A stretch of 63,669 nt of DNA, filler included, from Basidiobolus ranarum (Eukaryota), in NCBI GenBank assembly GCA_040143965.1. It is 22 parts of 22 records of this genome, joined end to end, with 100 filler letters (N's around TTAATTAATTAA, not from the genome) between each part and the next. Parts side by side here need not be neighbours in the genome. Positions count along the whole stretch, not along the records: positions 49,332 to 52,122 come from JASJQH010002978.1; positions 52,223 to 55,012 come from JASJQH010002979.1; positions 55,113 to 57,899 come from JASJQH010002980.1; positions 58,000 to 60,785 come from JASJQH010002981.1; positions 60,886 to 63,669 come from JASJQH010002982.1; 17 more parts are not named here. One strand, given 5' to 3'. This document shows positions 51,015 through 62,351 of this stretch, piece after piece. The position numbers and the translations under genes are program-made. The notes under the pieces are model-generated. The model saw nothing but the letters and a program-made list of their open reading frames with translations. It ran no database searches and had not been told where the DNA came from. Position 1 is the stretch's first letter; the number at the start of each line of letters is the position of its first letter.

Positions 51015-52122
51015 GAAGAAGTCTGCCTTGCAGCTTTCCTAGAAATGCCATCAGATTGTCACAAGAACAAAACAGTGCAATTTATATAGGTACTACTCTG
51101 TGTCCAAGGATTAGGTGTTTTTGCTGTAATCATACTCAAGCAATGAGGAAAGCATGTGCACATTGAAAAGAGCCCTGTTTTGGAAGACTTATATAGTCTG
51201 GAGTCCACTTCATCCATTGTGTTTAATAAATCACTGATTTTGCTGTTATGTTGCTGATCAGATTAGCATATGCTTGTATCAACAATTTTATATGGAGCAA
51301 AATTTCATTGCAGATATGCCCCATTTGGAACTCTATTAATTTATAGCAAGGGCCTATGATCTCTTAGCATTGTGAAAGATGCAGCAAGATATATATTGAA
51401 TACTACTATAGATTTGGCTATCTTTTTTAAAACCGTAATGAGGTTTTTCATATCCATTTACAAAATGTATGCACAGTTACTGTATCAAGCAACGTGAGTT
51501 TATGCCATAAGAATATATTAAAAATATTCACATACAACATACTACCCAATGTTGCCAGTACTTATCAGACAGATATTTTCTCATGATTCCATTCAAATAT
51601 ATACAAATAAAATGCCTCTGGTTGTTCTATATTAAAAAATTCCTTGATGAGTTGATGTTGATGGGTGTCCTTGCAAAATATGAAAGAATCTTAAAATTTC
51701 CAAGCATTTTGCTAATTAATACAAACTTAGATCCTAGCTTGTATAGCTCATTCATGTTAAATTTTCCACCACATAGCTGAGTAAGCAGAATTGAAGTGTT
51801 GTTGAACAGCAAGTGCATAGTGCCTGATAGAAAACTCTGGCTACAGCCAATCCCTTTTTACAATATATTCTTAGGCCCATGGATAATGCCAAGTTTGATA
51901 TCAGACTAACTATTTAGTAAATAGATATCAATGATAATTTGAAATCCAACTAGGCTCTCCATGTTAAACCATCAAGCTTAGTGTTATATTTGGATTGTAT
52001 TAATGTGTATGCAGAGCAGAGTAAACTCCATTATTGTGACAAAATCAAGAGCAACATAGTGCCTTATGCTTGCCAAAATCTCTGGGTTTACTAACAAATA
52101 GTGTCCCATTAATACATATAAT
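51015..52122 (-). mobile_element. CACTA-type transposase relic
   Basis: Homologous to 1-1010 and 26850-28160. Confidence 0.8.
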
Positions 52123-52239
52123 NNNNNNNNNNNNNNNNNNNNNNNNNNNNNNNNNNNNNNNNNNNNTTAATTAATTAANNNNNNNNNNNNNNNNNNNNNN
52201 NNNNNNNNNNNNNNNNNNNNNNATAGGCATAACATACAA

Positions 52240-52312
52240 GGACTGGTAGCTCAGTGGTTAGAGCACCTTGCTAGAGTGAAGGAGGTCCCAGGTTCAAATC
52301 CTGGCTGGACCA
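52240..52312 (+). tRNA. tRNA-like element (pseudo-tRNA or tRNA-derived SINE head); nominal anticodon AGA
   Basis: 73-nt cloverleaf: GGACTGG-TA-GCTC AGTGGTTA GAGC-A-CCTTG CTAGAGT GAAGG-AGGTC-CCAGG TTCAAAT CCTGG-CTGGACC-A. A and B boxes are intact; acceptor and anticodon stems have mismatches. Confidence 0.8.
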
Positions 52313-54099
52313 ATATTTCTCCCTAAATAATTTCAATACAACCCTGGTAGAAGCATCATCTCTTCTGACCAGTTGTTACCATTGTCATATAGCAGTAAGT
52401 GTTGGAGCAAGTATTCTACCTTGAGGTTTGTGTTTGGCAGTTCTTGCCTCTTTAATCACAGTAGAAATCTGATCTCTTTTGGCTTGCCATGATCTCTAGC
52501 TCATGGTGGAGCTTGTTGGAACATATTGTCTACCATAGGGTTTGTGTTTGACTGTTATGTTGTCTTCAAGCTCAGTAAGACCTTCACTATCTCTCTGAAG
52601 CACCCATTGTCTTGTTCTTGTGGAGGTACAAGTTGTAACCAATAGCTGTCTTAATAGTGAGCTCTCAGGTATCATATCTTGATCCAACAAAGTGAAAGGC
52701 TCAATAACTCTTGCAGTTGGCCTTTGTTGCTGTTCTAAGGTAGTACATGTTATACTGACATGCCTTCTGGTGGCATGGTCCTTGGAGCTGACTCTTCTCC
52801 TGCTGTAAAAAGCTCTGTGGTTGGTTTGGTTGAATCAGGTAAATTGTATGCAACAATGCATGAGAATTGGGGCTATCCTCTTGGCGGTTTGTCATCAAAT
52901 GCTTGCTCTTCATCAAGAATGGGAGAAACATCATGGACTCTTCTAAGCTGGCATTGCTGTCAATATGTACTTTTAACTGATAAACCAACTTGTTGGGCTC
53001 TTGCCCTTGTTGGAGGTGTTACCTCAATTCTGGTGGTGAGTTGTGTAGATTTGTTTTAGGAGATAGATACTTTGTCAGGAGTATCTTTGGTTCTAAGTTA
53101 TCTAATAAGTCTGTGCAATGGTCTCGACAGCTTCAATTGGCCTTTGGGATTATCTTCTGATTCAACAAACTGTTGTGCTTTTCTCTTTACACATTTGTTT
53201 ATTACTCTTGCAATTTTGTCCTGATATATTGCTTTGAACACTGCAAGCTTCATCAACAGTTGCTGCAAAGACTCATTAAATAGTAGTAAAGACCTATTTA
53301 AAACATCTTTTGTCTCTATAGTTCAGGCTGCAGTGTTTGCTTCCAGTCTATGCAGGCAAAAACACAACTGGAATTGTGTCTTTGTAGACTCAAAATTAAA
53401 ATTCCTATTTCTCATTTCATTCTTTTCATCCTCATGAGTTTTACTGTATATTTTCTTGCAGACACCTGAAGGCATGAGGATATAGTATTCTCTCCAAAGC
53501 AGAGTCAAAATTTTCTTCCACTTATGCCAAATTCCCCCTTCCCAAGCTTCTGTACAGTTTGTCAATAACTCCCACATATCCAAGCGAAAATTCATAGCAG
53601 GTACCTGGGCATATGTAAAAGTATTAGGCACATGCTGCTTCATGCTGCTTAAACTTTATTTGACTGCATGTGCAAAATTCTATTAGTGTTGGTTTCCAGC
53701 ACCAAAGTAGGATGTGAATCAGGAAGAATCTGTTTTGACAAGATACATCACCACCACATATATATGATGATAGACCTTATTGGTTTCAATCAGAATTGGT
53801 GCTCTGCTAATATTATTGGTTAAAATGTCAAAGATAATTTCCTACACAATGATTAAGCATAACCTATTCAACATTAAGCTGTTTTGATATGTATGAAAAC
53901 TAAATTGAATCAGATTGAGCTGTGCTTGACTTAGATGATGCAGTTTATTATGTAATTTCCATGCAATTACACATAAATGAGATAATTAGCCTAATAAATG
54001 CAAACAGAAATTTTGTTATACCAAATGTAGGGAATTTTCCTATAATAAATGAAATTCTTAGATAAGTATCTCATTCAAGCCAGATTGATCAGCATCGTG

Positions 54100-54603
54100 C
54101 CAGCCAAATACAATATTAGTATCATGCTCTCCATCTACTCTAAATGGTCATTCCTCATCACTGCAAAAGCAATCACCAGCTTTCCTATCACTACCCTAGA
54201 AGCCATATTTGAGAAGAACTGTGGCTCACAAACTCCAACACCCAATAGAAAGCAGCTTGTCAATTTGTTTTGTTACTACAAAAACTATTGTCCAATCATA
54301 TTTCAGCTCACTATCAATGGTAATAAAAGTAGAAGAAACTTCCATAGCAGGTATCAAGAAAGTGAGAATCATTTAGCTTGAGTGAGGAATGATGTTGAAG
54401 ATGCCTGCAAGAAAAGATTCAGAGACTCAAATTTCCTTCTATATTTTGGAGTACTTGCCAATAGATTTCATATTTGAAGTTTTCTTTACACATTTCCTGT
54501 GAGAATCAACAGGCCCAAAAGCAATCAAAAGCTATTCAATTCTGGTAAATACAAAGCTCACAGTGTAAAGGTTCTGGCTAGGATTGATTTGAAAGGAAGC
54601 CTC
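54100..54603 (+). mobile_element. PIF/Harbinger-ISL2EU-type (DDE_Tnp_4-like) transposase relic
   Basis: About 54490-54597 translates TFPVRINRPKSNQKLFNSGKYKAHSVKVLARIDLKG, matching I.RP...Q..FYSGK.K.H..K. Cut by the LTR at 54604. Confidence 0.6.
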
Positions 54604-54955
54604 TGTTGAAATTAGGTAAATAGCAACTCATCATTAAGTAGTTGGTTTACTCATATTCTGATTATTTAGCACCAAATTCTTACATTGAACAAAGAGTGTT
54701 TATTGCTCTAATTAACTGAAATATCAACTAGATCACTTTCATCAATTCTCACTATTTTCTCAAAACTTCTCCAAATGACCTCAAATTTTTACCCATGCTT
54801 AACAAGCATGTTTGTTATGATCTAAGCACGTCTAATAGTTCTATTTCATAGTAAACTATAAATAGGACATATTCAATCCAATAACACTTGAGTGTTTAAT
54901 TCACAATTCCAAATCTTGTCCCAAACACTTCCAAATCCCCTAAACACTTTTATCA
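54604..54955 (+). repeat. LTR family B (no adjoining PBS)
   Basis: TGTTGAAATTAG...TTTTATCA, highly similar to 57485-57836. Confidence 0.88.
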
Positions 54956-55499
54956 AACTTAAAAACAGTGTCTGTCATGATTTCCATATATGATACCTTC
55001 ACACTGATCCAANNNNNNNNNNNNNNNNNNNNNNNNNNNNNNNNNNNNNNNNNNNNTTAATTAATTAANNNNNNNNNNNNNNNNNNNNNNNNNNNNNNNN
55101 NNNNNNNNNNNNCAATAAAACTTAAGTGTCTAATCAACAAACCCAAATTTTGTCCAAACCACTTCCAAGTCCCCTAAACACTTTTATCACTCTTTTGATC
55201 TGATCATTTGCAAGAGACTTTGAAGCTGGTATATTCTTTTGTCAGGTGCCAGTATGTTGTTTAACAGAATGCTGGACATCATATTGTGGTTTATTAGATC
55301 TTAGGCATTTCTAGAGGCTAGATTCCCCTTCACAAACACCCAAGAGGCAAGAGAGAAATCTGTATTACCATAAGTCCTAGAGTTATTCAACAACAGCTAT
55401 TGCACCCTTTGGACACCTCTCATAAACCTTTGACATGTTACAGTCATAGTTACTGCTTATACCCTAAAACAACTACACCCTCAGCTTATCACAAAAACA

Positions 55500-57484
55500 A
55501 ATTGGTTCAATTTATAGAGGTATTTACTCTGATTCTTAGCATTAGTTTGTTACTGTGATTGTGCTCAAACAATGCAAATATTGAAAAAAGTAAATAGCAA
55601 CTTATTATTTATTAGTTACTTTATTGATAATCTGATCATTTAGCACTAAATTCTGGCATTCAAAATTGTGTGTTTATTGCCCTAATTGATAAAAATATCC
55701 ATTAGATCACTTTTACCAATTTTCACCATTTTCTCAAAACTTCTCCAAATCATCCCAAATTTTTGCCCAAGAGTTACAGACATGTTTGTTAAGATGTAAA
55801 CATGTCCAATAGTTCTATTTCTTAGTAAACTAGAATTGGGACATATTCAATTTAATAAAACTTAAGTGTCTAAGTCACTAATCTAAATCTTGTCCAGAAC
55901 ACTTCAAAATCTCCAAAACACATTTATCAGTAAAAGTCCATAAGCATATTGAAAAAGCCCTTTGTTTGAAGGTTAATTTAGGCTGGTGTCTCCTTAACCC
56001 ATTGCATTACATCCATTGCCAATCTTGCTGATATATTCTTAATCAGAACAATATATGGTTATAATGACAATTCCACACAGAGCATTATTTCACCACAGGC
56101 ACACTGCATTGGGAACTCCCAGAATGTATAGCAGAGGCCTACATTTGCCAAGTATTGTAAAAGATGAAGCAGTGAATGCATTGCTGGCACAGCTTCAGTT
56201 TATCTTCTGTAAATCTATAAGAAAGTTTGCACATCCAATTTCAAAACCTTTTCACAGTTGCTGTATCTTCCTGGGGTCTGCCAATGTGAGTGGATGCCAT
56301 AAGAATACATTAAGAATATCCACAAACAACTCCCAATGTTGCCAATACTTATCAGGCAGAAATCCTTTCAAGAATCCACTTGATATATAAAAAGCCAATA
56401 CTCCCAGTTTTTGCATTTGCATTAACACCTAGATGAGTAGATATTGATGGGAATTCTAGTAAAATATATTAACAATATCCACAAAGAATTCCCAATGTTG
56501 CCGGTACTGATCAGGCTGAAATCCTTTCAAGATTCCATTTAAAGATATAAAAAGCCAATACTTCTGGTCTTTGCATTTGCATAAACACCTAGATGAGTGG
56601 ATATTGATGGGAGTTCTGGGAAAATATGATGGTAGGCTGATGTTTTCAAGCATTTTGCCATTTATTTGACACTTTGATCTTATCTCAAATGGCTCATCCA
56701 GATTGAAGTTTGCACTACACAGCAAAGTAAGTAGTATTGGAATATTGCTGAGCAGTAAGTGCATAGTGCCTAATCAGAATATCTAATTCCAGCTGATCCT
56801 CTTTAGCCATATAATATGAGACTTATGGCAAATCCCAAGTTTGATGTTAGACTGACTATTTGATGAATTGATATCAGTGACTATGTTAAATCTGACAGGG
56901 CTCTTGATGGCAAATCACAAAGTTAAGTGTTGTATTTGAAATAGTTGTAATGCATATGCCTGGTAGACTTAACTGCATTGATTTGACAAAATGTACAGCA
57001 AGATGGTGCATTGTGCCCTTGTAAACCTCAAAGTTTACCAATGGCAGCTTAGTTGCCAATACATTTAATGATACTAGCTTTGAAAAAATGTTCACTCATT
57101 TGAACCCCATTAGATGACTACTTGTATTCAACAACCAAGCATTCCAACAAGCTATATATAAGCACAGGTGATATAGGCCTAGATATAATACATAGCATCA
57201 AAATAACATGAATATTTTGCCCTTCATATGTGTTCTCAAACACACCTTGACATTGCAGATTCTGGTGGTGGTATTCATTAAGCATACTGGTAACACAATC
57301 AGCCATACAGTAGGTACTAAAGGATTAATGATCTATATTTGGGTCATGTCATCAAAACCCCAAGATGGGGAATGAATGGTATGTTGGCCCAATACAACCA
57401 CTATTTACCTGATTTGGTGATTGCCAATTGTGCATAAACAGTACATGACTTCAGGTTTTTCAGATCACCAGTGAAAGCCAAAAA
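55500..57484 (-). mobile_element. CACTA-type transposase relic with an internal duplication and LTR insertions
   Basis: Homologous to 1-1160. Segment 56305-56455 is duplicated at 56462-56615. Confidence 0.8.
55579..55929 (+). repeat. Solo LTR family B with 5-bp target-site duplication, inserted in CACTA relic
   Basis: Flanks are GCAAA and GTAAA. Removing the LTR restores the sequence seen at 25-55. Confidence 0.85.
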
Positions 57485-57899
57485 TGTTGAAATTAGTTAA
57501 ATAGCAACTCATTATTTAGTAGTTAGTTTATTCATATTCTGATTATTTAGCACTCAATTCTGTCATTCAAATATGTGTGTTAATTGCTCTAATTTATAAA
57601 AATATCAATTAGTTCACTTTTACCTATTTTCACAATTTTCTCAAAACTTCTCCAAATCATCTCAAATTTTCACCCATGCTTAACAGGCATGTTTGTTATG
57701 ATCTAAACACATCCAGTAGTCCTATTTCATAGTAAACTATAAATAGGACATATTCAATTCAATAAAACTTAAGTGTCTAATTCACAAATCCAAATCTTGT
57801 CCAAAACACTTCCAAATCCCCTAAACACTTTTATCAGGTTATGAGCCCCAAGCTAGCTGTTAAAGGAATGTCTACCAGTACTATTACCAATGTTTTTGC
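57485..57899 (+). mobile_element. Ty1/copia family B 5' end: LTR (57485-57836), PBS, gag start
   Basis: TG...CA LTR, PBS GGTTATGAGCCC at 57837-57848 and ATG at 57868 (MSTSTITNVFA). Confidence 0.9.
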
Positions 57900-58050
57900 N
57901 NNNNNNNNNNNNNNNNNNNNNNNNNNNNNNNNNNNNNNNNNNNTTAATTAATTAANNNNNNNNNNNNNNNNNNNNNNNNNNNNNNNNNNNNNNNNNNNNG
58001 GTGGGAGGGGGAGAATGGTTAATCAAAGATTGCAGAAAAAGGACTTTTGC

Positions 58051-60785
58051 TGAGAAAGTGTTTAGAGGATGTGGAAGTGTTTTGGACAAGATTTGGATTT
58101 GTGAATTAGACACTTAAGTTTTATTGAATTGAATATGTGCCATTTATTGTTTACTATGAAATTGGACTATTGAATGTGCTTAGATCATAACAAACATGCC
58201 TGTTAAGCTTGGGTGAAAATTTGAGGTGATTTGGAGAAGATTTGAGCAAATAGCGTAAATTAGTAAAAGTGATCTAATTGATATTTCTATCATTCAAGCA
58301 ATAAACATGCACTTTTGAATGGCAGAATTGAGTGCTAAACATTCAGAATATGAATAAACTAACTACTAAATAATCAGTTGCTATTTCTCCAAGTTCAACA
58401 CTCCCACTTCTCTAATTATTTTGTATTTCTCTTAAACCTAAATTTTATCTTAATAACTCAAATTGAGCTTTAGCTAAAGGTTTGGTTAAGATGTCAGCTG
58501 ACATTTCTTCAGTGGGGCAATAGACAAGTTCAATTATATCATTCTCTATTGCTTATCTAACCAAATGATGTCTTATATCTATATGTTTGGTTCTAGCATG
58601 CAATGTATGGCTTTTAGCTAATGAAATACAACTTTGATTATCTTCAAATACAGTAGTTGCACATTTTTGCATGTATCCTAGGTCTGTAAATAATGTTTGT
58701 AACCACATAGCTTCATGTGTAGTAGCAGAGGCAGCCATGTACTCTGCTTCTGTGGTGGAAAGAGCTATGGTTGGTTGCTTCTTACTATTCCAAGTTATGG
58801 CTCAATTGCCATAGAGAAAAGTATACCCAGTTGTTGATCTTCTATCATCAAGGTTTCTTCCCCAATGTGCATCACCATTGCTTTCAAATATTGTATATCA
58901 GGAGTGGCAGAGTATTCCAGAACTCGAACTACAGTTCCTCTCAAATATCTGAATATTTGCTTTACTGCAGTTTTATGCTCACATCCTGGATGCTTGAGAT
59001 ATTGGCTAACAGTTTCCACTCCCACAGCAATGTCTGGACATGTTCCAACCATTGTATACATTAAGCTACCCACCATGGATTGATAAGGGAACTCCTGGTT
59101 TTGATTTGAGTCATTTTTGGCCAAATTGGCAATATTTTAATTAATTTCACATTGGGATCCATTGGTATTGATACAGGCTTGTTATTCCCCATGTTGAAGC
59201 ATTTTAGTGTGTCTAGGATGCATCTAGACTGATTCAGCATGATTTTCTGATAGGGTTTAGCTTTCTTGACTTGGATTCCAAGAAAATACCTTTATTCACC
59301 CATATCAGTCATCTGAAATTGGTTTCATAAGCTGCTTTTTGTCTGATTAGGTGTTTCTAGATCATTAGTGGTTATAATTTAGTGATCCAAATATAGTGCC
59401 AAGATTAGGATCCTATTTCCAGTTTTTTTGATATAAATATTGTGATCTGCTGTGCATTTTTGAAAATCTAGTGATTCCAAATAGTTATCTGTCTTGTTTT
59501 ACCATGCCCTGGGTGCTTGCTTGAGTCCATATAGTGATTTTTGCAGTTCACAGACCATTTTGGGATGTTTTGGGTCAACAAATCCATCTGGTTGCTCCAT
59601 ATATATCTGTTCTAGATTTACATTCAGTAAGGCGGTTTTTAGATTCATTTGCTGTAGATCAAGGTTGTGGATGGCTGAGAGTGCCAGGATTGATCCAATA
59701 GAGCTAAACTTAGCCACTGGTGCAAACATTTTATCAGAATCAACTCCTGGAGTCTGGAAATACCTTTTGCAACTAAACTTGCTTTATATCTTTCTATAAT
59801 TCCATCAGCTCAGTTTTTGACTTTGTAGACTCATTTACAACCTATTGATCTTCTCTCTGATGGAAGAGGACTTAAAACACGCATTTCACTGTTCTGAAGT
59901 GAAGAAAACTCATATGACATTGCTTTTTTTCATGATTTTGATTCTGAACACTCCAGAGCTTGATCTAGAGTCTGTGGCTTGTCACAAATTGTGGCATAAG
60001 CATATACATCATCATTGGAAGTGTTCCACCAGTTGCCTGGCTTATTTCTCTTTCTGAATGATCTTGTGGGTCCTGAATAATCCTCTGATGTAATTGGGAT
60101 TGAAATTTGGTTGAATTGGGCTCAGATAGAGCTGGAATTTAGCCAGACACTTCTTGAATAGTGCTGATTGTGAATTCTGGATCAAGAGCTGTGATTTGGG
60201 ATGAAAATTTTGTTTTTTCATCAAAAATCGCATCTCTGCACTTGATTAACTTCTGCTTTATGGTATCAAACAAGCTGTAAGCCTTAGATCCATCACAGTA
60301 ACCAAAAAATATGCTTTTTTTGCTTTAGGGTTCCAATTTAGAGCATTTTTGAGTGGGAATTAGGCAATATGCTGTGCAACCAAAGATCTTGAGATAACCC
60401 ACAATTAGTTTTGATCCATATAGGGCTTCAAATGGAGTGGAATTTTGTAGCAATTTTGTTGGGTATCTGTCTTTGATATAGACTGCAGTAGAGACTGAAT
60501 CAGCCTCAAGGCAGACACGAATAGATGATCTCTAACAGTGCTTACTTGATTTGCTTGTTCCAATTTTATCATTTTGGCACAAATTGTTGTTCTGCAATCT
60601 TTGATTAAATGGCCTGGTTTCCTGCAATACTTGCAGATGATTGATTTACTAATAGGGGCACCATTATTGAAGCGTGTTGGACGTTTTACAGCTCCAAAAA
60701 ATGCCTGTTCTGCATTATTTTGCTGAGAATTAGATCTCCTTAATTCTTCATTCAAAAGCCTAGCACCAACATATTCCATTGTTAA
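58051..60785 (-). mobile_element. Ty1/copia family B, internally deleted: gag end, partial integrase, RT, RNase H, PPT, 3' LTR
   Basis: CKYCRKPGHLIKDC zinc knuckle; LYGLKQAPRAW; PYQSMVGSLMY; ARTKHIDIRHH; LTR 58051-58400. Confidence 0.92.
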
Positions 60786-60885
60786 NNNNNNNNNNNNNNN
60801 NNNNNNNNNNNNNNNNNNNNNNNNNNNNNTTAATTAATTAANNNNNNNNNNNNNNNNNNNNNNNNNNNNNNNNNNNNNNNNNNNN

Positions 60886-61520
60886 AAAGCTACGTTTTCC
60901 AGCTCCAAAAAGAGCCACCTCCTCAGATTCTTTTTCCAAATTCTTACTTCTGAGGTGTTGATCCATTAGTTTTGCCACCACAAACTCCAAAGATAACTGG
61001 TCAGATCTTGCTTCTAAAGCTGTGACCAAGTTTGAATACTGTTCTGGTAGACTACTCAGAAGAGTCATAATGATATCTTCTTCCTGTAAAGTTGCACCAA
61101 TATTTTCCAGTTGTTTTGCTAAAGATCTCACATTTGCAATTGGAGTAAACATGCTGTCAGACTTTTGCATCTTTATATTAAAGAATAGTTGTCTGAGCAA
61201 CAGTCTATTAGCAAGACTCTTTGCTTCATGACACTCTTCCAATATAGTCCAAGCTTGATGGAAGTCTTTGCATATTGAATATTCACAAGTTGTGAATCCT
61301 TTAAACTTGGGCAAAGGACATTTAAGGCCTTCTTGTCTCTTTTCTTGTAAGCTTACAATAGAGAAGGGTCCAAAGGTTCCTTTTCATCTCCAGAGACTAC
61401 ATCCCAAAGCTCCCTGTCTTCCAGCATGATTTGCATCTTGAACTTCCAGAAATTGTAATTTTTTCCATCAAGCTTTTCAACATTGGAGTTAATAAAAGTG
61501 GTAGTAATGGTTTCTGTCAT
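60886..61520 (-). mobile_element. Ty1/copia family D gag fragment
   Basis: VEKLDGKNYNFWKFKMQIMLEDRELW...LLSSLPEQYSNLVTALEAR. Confidence 0.88.
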
Positions 61521-61539
61521 GCTGTAAAGGTTGAACAAG

Positions 61540-62351
61540 GGGCTTGTAACCTATTGGGAAAACATACAAAAATGGAAATTTGTAAGGGCTGTATATATGA
61601 AAAACAAGCCAGACAACTGTTCAAGAGCTCTGGTTTAATCTTATTTGTCAAAAAATTGGATCTAATGCATTCAGATTTGTGTGGGCCTGTGCAAAATTTA
61701 TCTTTAGGCAAAAAACAACATATTGATCACACCTACTGATATTTATACAAGATACACTTGGTTCTACTTTATGGAAAGAAAAGAAGTTCTCTGTACTTTT
61801 AGCAATTTTAAAGCACTTTTGGAGACTGAAACTGGAACCAAAACCCAGACAATATTTACTGATAATGGTGGAGAAAATACTTCAACACTATTTAAGCACT
61901 TTTCAAAGTTCATGGAATTAAACAAGAAACCACTGCCTCCTATTCACCCCAAAAAAATAATGTTGCCAAAGGAGATAACAGGACTATGGTAGGAATGGCA
62001 AGAACTGTGATAAATGCACAAAATGTATCTCATAGCTTTTGGGTAGAATCTGGTGATACCGCTGAATATCTGAAGAACATGAGTTTTATTAGTAGTTTGT
62101 CTTACTCTACACCATATCAAGCTTGGTTCAGAGCTAAGCCTGTTGTAAAACATTTGAGGATCTTTGCATGTATTGCTTATGTCAAAATATGACCAAAAAT
62201 TGGTCTAAATTTGATCCAAAAAGTAAGAAATGCATATTTCTGGGTTATTGTACTCAACCTAAGGCCTCCAGACTCTATGATACCAAAATTTCAAGTTCAT
62301 CAAATACTGGGATGCTTTGTTTAATGAAAATGAAAAATAGGTGCCCAAAAA
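61540..62351 (+). mobile_element. Ty1/copia integrase relic
   Basis: ICKGCIYEKQ, LDLMHSDLCGP, TDNGGE, HLRIFACIAYV and KFDPKSKKCIFLGY motifs. Confidence 0.9.

Noticed and set aside
52320-53760. Possible Mutator (MULE) transposase C-terminus on the minus strand
   Set aside because: Only vague TNR..HA.K and SWIM-like hints across frameshifts. It looks like decayed repeat DNA, but I cannot support a family call.
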